The position numbers were made by a program, and so were the translations under genes. A stretch of DNA of 51,890 nt, filler included, from Sphacelaria rigidula (taxonomy: Eukaryota): NCBI GenBank assembly GCA_964200075.2. It is 3 parts of 3 records of this genome, joined end to end, with 100 filler letters (N's around TTAATTAATTAA, not from the genome) between each part and the next. Parts side by side here need not be neighbours in the genome. Positions count along the whole stretch, not along the records: positions 34,665 to 51,890 come from CAXNAA020001137.1; 2 more parts are not named here. One strand, 5' to 3'. The notes beneath the pieces were generated by a model, which saw only the letters and a list, made by a program, of their open reading frames with translations, did not search any database and was not told the origin of the DNA. Of the stretch, positions 50,481 to 51,890 are shown in pieces (within the stretch, counting starts at the first letter, position 1; each line of letters starts with the position of its first letter).

Positions 50481-51334
50481 CGCTCTTTATAACAGACAAA
50501 AAGAAGGACAATGGCCTAGCAAAGGTATCCCCTCTCGTGTTTTGCCCAAGAAAAGTACGGAAAATGATTTTAAAAAGATGCGAAAATAGCAAAACACACA
50601 ATCTTCACCGATTTCACTCCGAATTTTTGACGCACAGCAATCGGAGGGCTCCTCGGCACCCGGACCTCGTAGAAACCCCGGGAAAAAACATGTTACTCGC
50701 GAGATATGGCCATCCGTAGAAGGACGCCTTGCCTCCAGAAACCATTTCCCCTTTTTTAGGCCAAATTCCGGCTAGGTACTCCTGAGCTAGAAATTCTTCT
50801 TCAATCGTACCTTATCTGGGCCACCAGTCAGCCCAGAAGGCACCTGTCCTGGGCCATCGCTTCCCACACTCGACCTGATGCGGCACATCGCGCGCAAGGG
50901 AATCTACGCGCCAACTTCAACCATGGCGTGTACATATTCGGCTCTTTTCTCGCCCGTTTGCCTTTCACAAACGCTAAAACGACCCCATGTTACTAACCCT
51001 AACGCCACAGCCATTAACCTTTTTGGGACCGGACTCCCCACAACGGTATGTTTGTGGCACTTTTCCCAACTTCCTCCCCACAATAATCGTGTGTTGGTGG
51101 CACGTGTCCATTCGTTTTGTTTTCAAGTCAAAATGATCCCATTTCACAAAAGTTGTTTGGCCCACATAAAAACTGCGGCCACTGGAGAACGGGAAGATAT
51201 CCTGGAACCACTTCAACGAGTAGAGCAAGTCATTCCAAGGCGTCAAACTCAGCCTATAATAGCTCTTTCGTAGAGCGTAAAACGACGTAGAAAAGCTCCG
51301 AAAAATCACCTTCCAGATTTATTCTTGTCTGTTG

Positions 51335-51750
51335 GGCCGCTTCTTATAGACTGAAAAATCTGTCTGCCGATTTGGCCTCCTCGGAAAGATGTGCTGTATG
51401 TTTCACGAGGATTCTAGCGCACTTTTCCAATTGTTTGTACGCCTAGTTTTAATTTTGCCTGGATCCTAACTTTGTTCAGTCACCTCAAAAAACTTCGAGT
51501 TGTCGCGAAAAATACTACTTTTCCCCGACAACTGGACGATTTTTGCGGCGACTGAAAAAAATTAGGATCCGGTCAAAAGTAAAACTGGGCGTACAAACGA
51601 TTGGAAAAGTGCGCTAGAATACTCGTGAAGCATATAACAAATCTTTCCGAGGAGGCCAAATCCGCCAAGGCTCGTATTCCACCAATAATCCGTCAAGGGT
51701 TCAAAAGGGCAGTTCTCAGACATATTTTTTTCAGTCTATAAGAAGCGGCC
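51335..51750. mobile_element. Foldback MITE (~415 bp, almost entirely inverted repeat)
   Basis: GGCCGCTTCTTATAGACTGAAAAA...TTTTTCAGTCTATAAGAAGCGGCC. The arms pair inwards to ~51510/51525, apart from one indel in the right arm. Confidence 0.85.
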
Positions 51751-51774
51751 TGAGGAGCGAATATGTCGTGGGTA

Positions 51775-51853
51775 CAATGGTCTGTCGGAAAATATTCCGG
51801 GATACGTAGGCCCCAAGATCGAAAATTCGACTTTTTGAGGGAGGGGGGGGGAC
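51775..51853 (-). repeat. Inverted copy of the left end of the 22270-23270 repeat
   Basis: CGTAGGCCCCAAGATCGAAAATTCGA...TTGAGGG is the reverse complement of ~22280-22345. Confidence 0.75.
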
Positions 51854-51890
51854 ACTAATAGCAACTGACCCCGTGATACTGAAGAGAACC

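Noticed and set aside
50878-51309. Coding sequence or transposase beside the foldback element
   Set aside because: Overlapping ORFs on both strands without convincing catalytic motifs.

Overview
Eukaryotic, intron- and repeat-rich DNA, most likely from a brown alga (Phaeophyceae; inferred from gene types, GT-AG intron structure and repeat style). The window is not one locus. It is three unrelated-looking contigs of 17,234, 17,230 and 17,226 bp joined by artificial 100-nt N44-TTAATTAATTAA-N44 linkers. Contig 1 (1-17234) carries the 5' six exons of a SEC16 (COPII/ER exit site) gene with a >2,100-aa Pro-rich N-terminus full of xFG motifs. Contig 2 (17335-34564) carries a degenerate KDZ-type transposase fragment fused to a long TIR, the first two exons of a secreted GGAV/FxxN beta-helix adhesin-like protein, and an old integrase-less Ty3/Gypsy LTR element. 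Contig 3 (34665-51890) carries two exons of a YCII-domain gene, a two-exon probably plastid-targeted hypothetical gene, and many MITEs. tRNA-derived SINEs (monomer, variant-tail and dimer forms) occur in contigs 1 and 3. The most interesting leads are the KDZ transposase/foldback MITE link, a 300-bp MITE family with non-TTAA 4-bp TSDs, and the modular SINE family. No CRISPR, rRNA or functional tRNA was found.
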